DNA of 32,000 nt from Planctomycetales bacterium (lineage in GTDB: Bacteria; 4484-113; JAFGCY01), in contig CP060262.1 of NCBI GenBank assembly GCA_022646745.1, forward strand, positions 300,001 to 332,000. Direction: 5' to 3'. The notes beneath the pieces are model-generated. The model worked only from the letters and a program-made list of their open reading frames with translations, did no database searches and had not been told where the DNA came from. The translations under genes and the position numbers were made by a program. Below are positions 31,050 to 32,000 of the stretch, piece after piece; the stretch's first letter is position 1, and every line of letters begins with the position of its first letter.

Positions 31050-31984
31050 TCGGCGGCCCCTTCTTCCGGTATATCCTCGCTTGCCAGCTGCGCCATGTCG
31101 AAACTGTCAACGCTGACCTCGTACTGCTGCTTCACGCCCTCGAGTGCGGCATCGAGCTTCTCCCGCTGCTGTGCCTCGATCCAGTCCCGCTCGACATCCT
31201 CGCGGATCTCCCCCAGCTCCAGCGGCCGGCCCTCCCGCCGCTCCTCGATGAACACGAGGTGCACGCCGTAACTGCTTTCCACCGGCCCGCTCCATACACC
31301 GACGGGGTAGTCCCTGATCGCATCCGCGAACATCGGGTCGAACTGCCAGCCGATTTCGCTGAGCGCCACCAGTGGCAGGCGCGGCGGCAGGCTGCCCGCA
31401 TCGCTCAGCTCCTGCACCAGCCCGAGTTCCTCGGTGCCAGTCAGCTGCTGCTTCAGCAGTTCCGCATCCAGCAGCGGCTCAGCGCGCTGCAGCGGGTCGA
31501 GGTAGATCTGCATCAGGCTCAGCGAATCCTCCGTGCGGTAGCGCTCGGGATGCTCTTCAAGGAACTGCTGCAGCTGCCCGTCCGTCGGCGTGGGCGGCTC
31601 GCTGCCGTCATCCAGCAGCAGCTCATACTTGCTGCGCAGGTGGTCACGGATCAGCTGGTCGTCACGGTCCAGGCCCATTCCGCGTGCCTCGCGCACGCAG
31701 ACCTCCGTGCGGATGTAGTCGTCAATCAGTTCCTGCAGCTCAGCCTGCGTCGGCTCACGGTCGAAGTCGCGCACGAACCCGTGGTACATCACCGCGATGC
31801 GCGGGCGGTCGACCGTGATCTCGAACTCGCCCTCATCCGCAGGCTGCTGGCGCAGGTTGCTCAGCAGGAACAGCAGGCCGCCGACCAGGATGAAGTGCAC
31901 GATCGGCTCGCGCCAGAAAGAATGCGGCCGCGCTTCCGCACCACCGCCATCGCCTGCCTGGTTCAGTTTCTGGTTATCTGCCAT
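31046..31984 (-). CDS. Membrane-anchored PpiC/parvulin-type peptidyl-prolyl isomerase
   Basis: N-terminal anchor IVHFILVGGLLFLLSNL. A C-terminal rotamase-like segment reads FADAIRDYPVGVWSGPVESSYGVHLVFIEER (the S.yG.HLv motif of parvulins). AGGAG SD upstream of ATG 31984. Confidence 0.85.
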   Translation of the reverse strand: MADNQKLNQAGDGGGAEARPHSFWREPIVHFILVGGLLFLLSNLRQQPADEGEFEITVDRPRIAVMYHGFVRDFDREPTQAELQELIDDYIRTEVCVREARGMGLDRDDQLIRDHLRSKYELLLDDGSEPPTPTDGQLQQFLEEHPERYRTEDSLSLMQIYLDPLQRAEPLLDAELLKQQLTGTEELGLVQELSDAGSLPPRLPLVALSEIGWQFDPMFADAIRDYPVGVWSGPVESSYGVHLVFIEERREGRPLELGEIREDVERDWIEAQQREKLDAALEGVKQQYEVSVDSFDMAQLASEDIPEEGAAE

Positions 31985-32000
31985 GTCTCCTGCCGGCCCT

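Noticed and set aside
1-32000. A search for integrase, transposase, IS termini, CRISPR repeats, restriction-modification genes, or nuclease, helicase or reverse-transcriptase genes that would mark a canonical mobile element or defence system.
   Set aside because: No ORF in any frame showed recognisable motifs of these families. The only mobility footprint is the tRNA-Val 3'-end duplication.

Overview
High-GC (roughly 60-65% by eye, not computed), densely coding bacterial chromosomal window, most likely from a proteobacterium. It is dominated by envelope, transport and signalling genes. I found no CRISPR array, rRNA, integrase, transposase, phage gene or canonical defence enzyme. Left to right: (1) a 5'-truncated large hypothetical protein plus a secreted Ig-like protein. 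(2) A signalling cluster with a degenerate cysteine-dioxygenase-type cupin, a stand-alone CheY-like receiver, and two tandem HDOD proteins read divergently. (3) A minus-strand heavy-metal efflux operon: Cys/His-rich ORF, czcC, czcB with a 3 x 45-bp His-rich repeat, czcA, then a PII (GlnB-like) gene 1 nt after czcA. (4) A translationally abutted SGNH-hydrolase/MBOAT acyltransferase pair. (5) A small orphan ORF in an AT-rich pocket. (6) A TPR-esterase and a DUF2892 membrane protein. (7) A second RND pump (adaptor plus permease, no outer-membrane factor). (8) A lower-GC stretch with a Fes-like esterase and an unknown lipoprotein. (9) tRNA-Val(CAC), whose last 25 nt are duplicated 509 bp away. The two copies bracket a low-GC cassette holding a single Imm8-like gene. 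(10) A repeat-rich, hairpin-rich intergenic element. (11) A 526-aa ankyrin-repeat protein and a two-gene pentapeptide-repeat operon, one gene being an HTH-pentapeptide fusion. (12) An overlapping parvulin PPIase / HupE-UreJ pair. The best candidates for something undescribed are the tRNA-Val-proximal patch (Imm8-like cassette, ankyrin, pentapeptide pair), the REC/HDOD/HDOD/degenerate-cupin module, and the PII-like gene coupled to czcA. All family calls come from motif recognition by eye and need HMM or BLAST confirmation.
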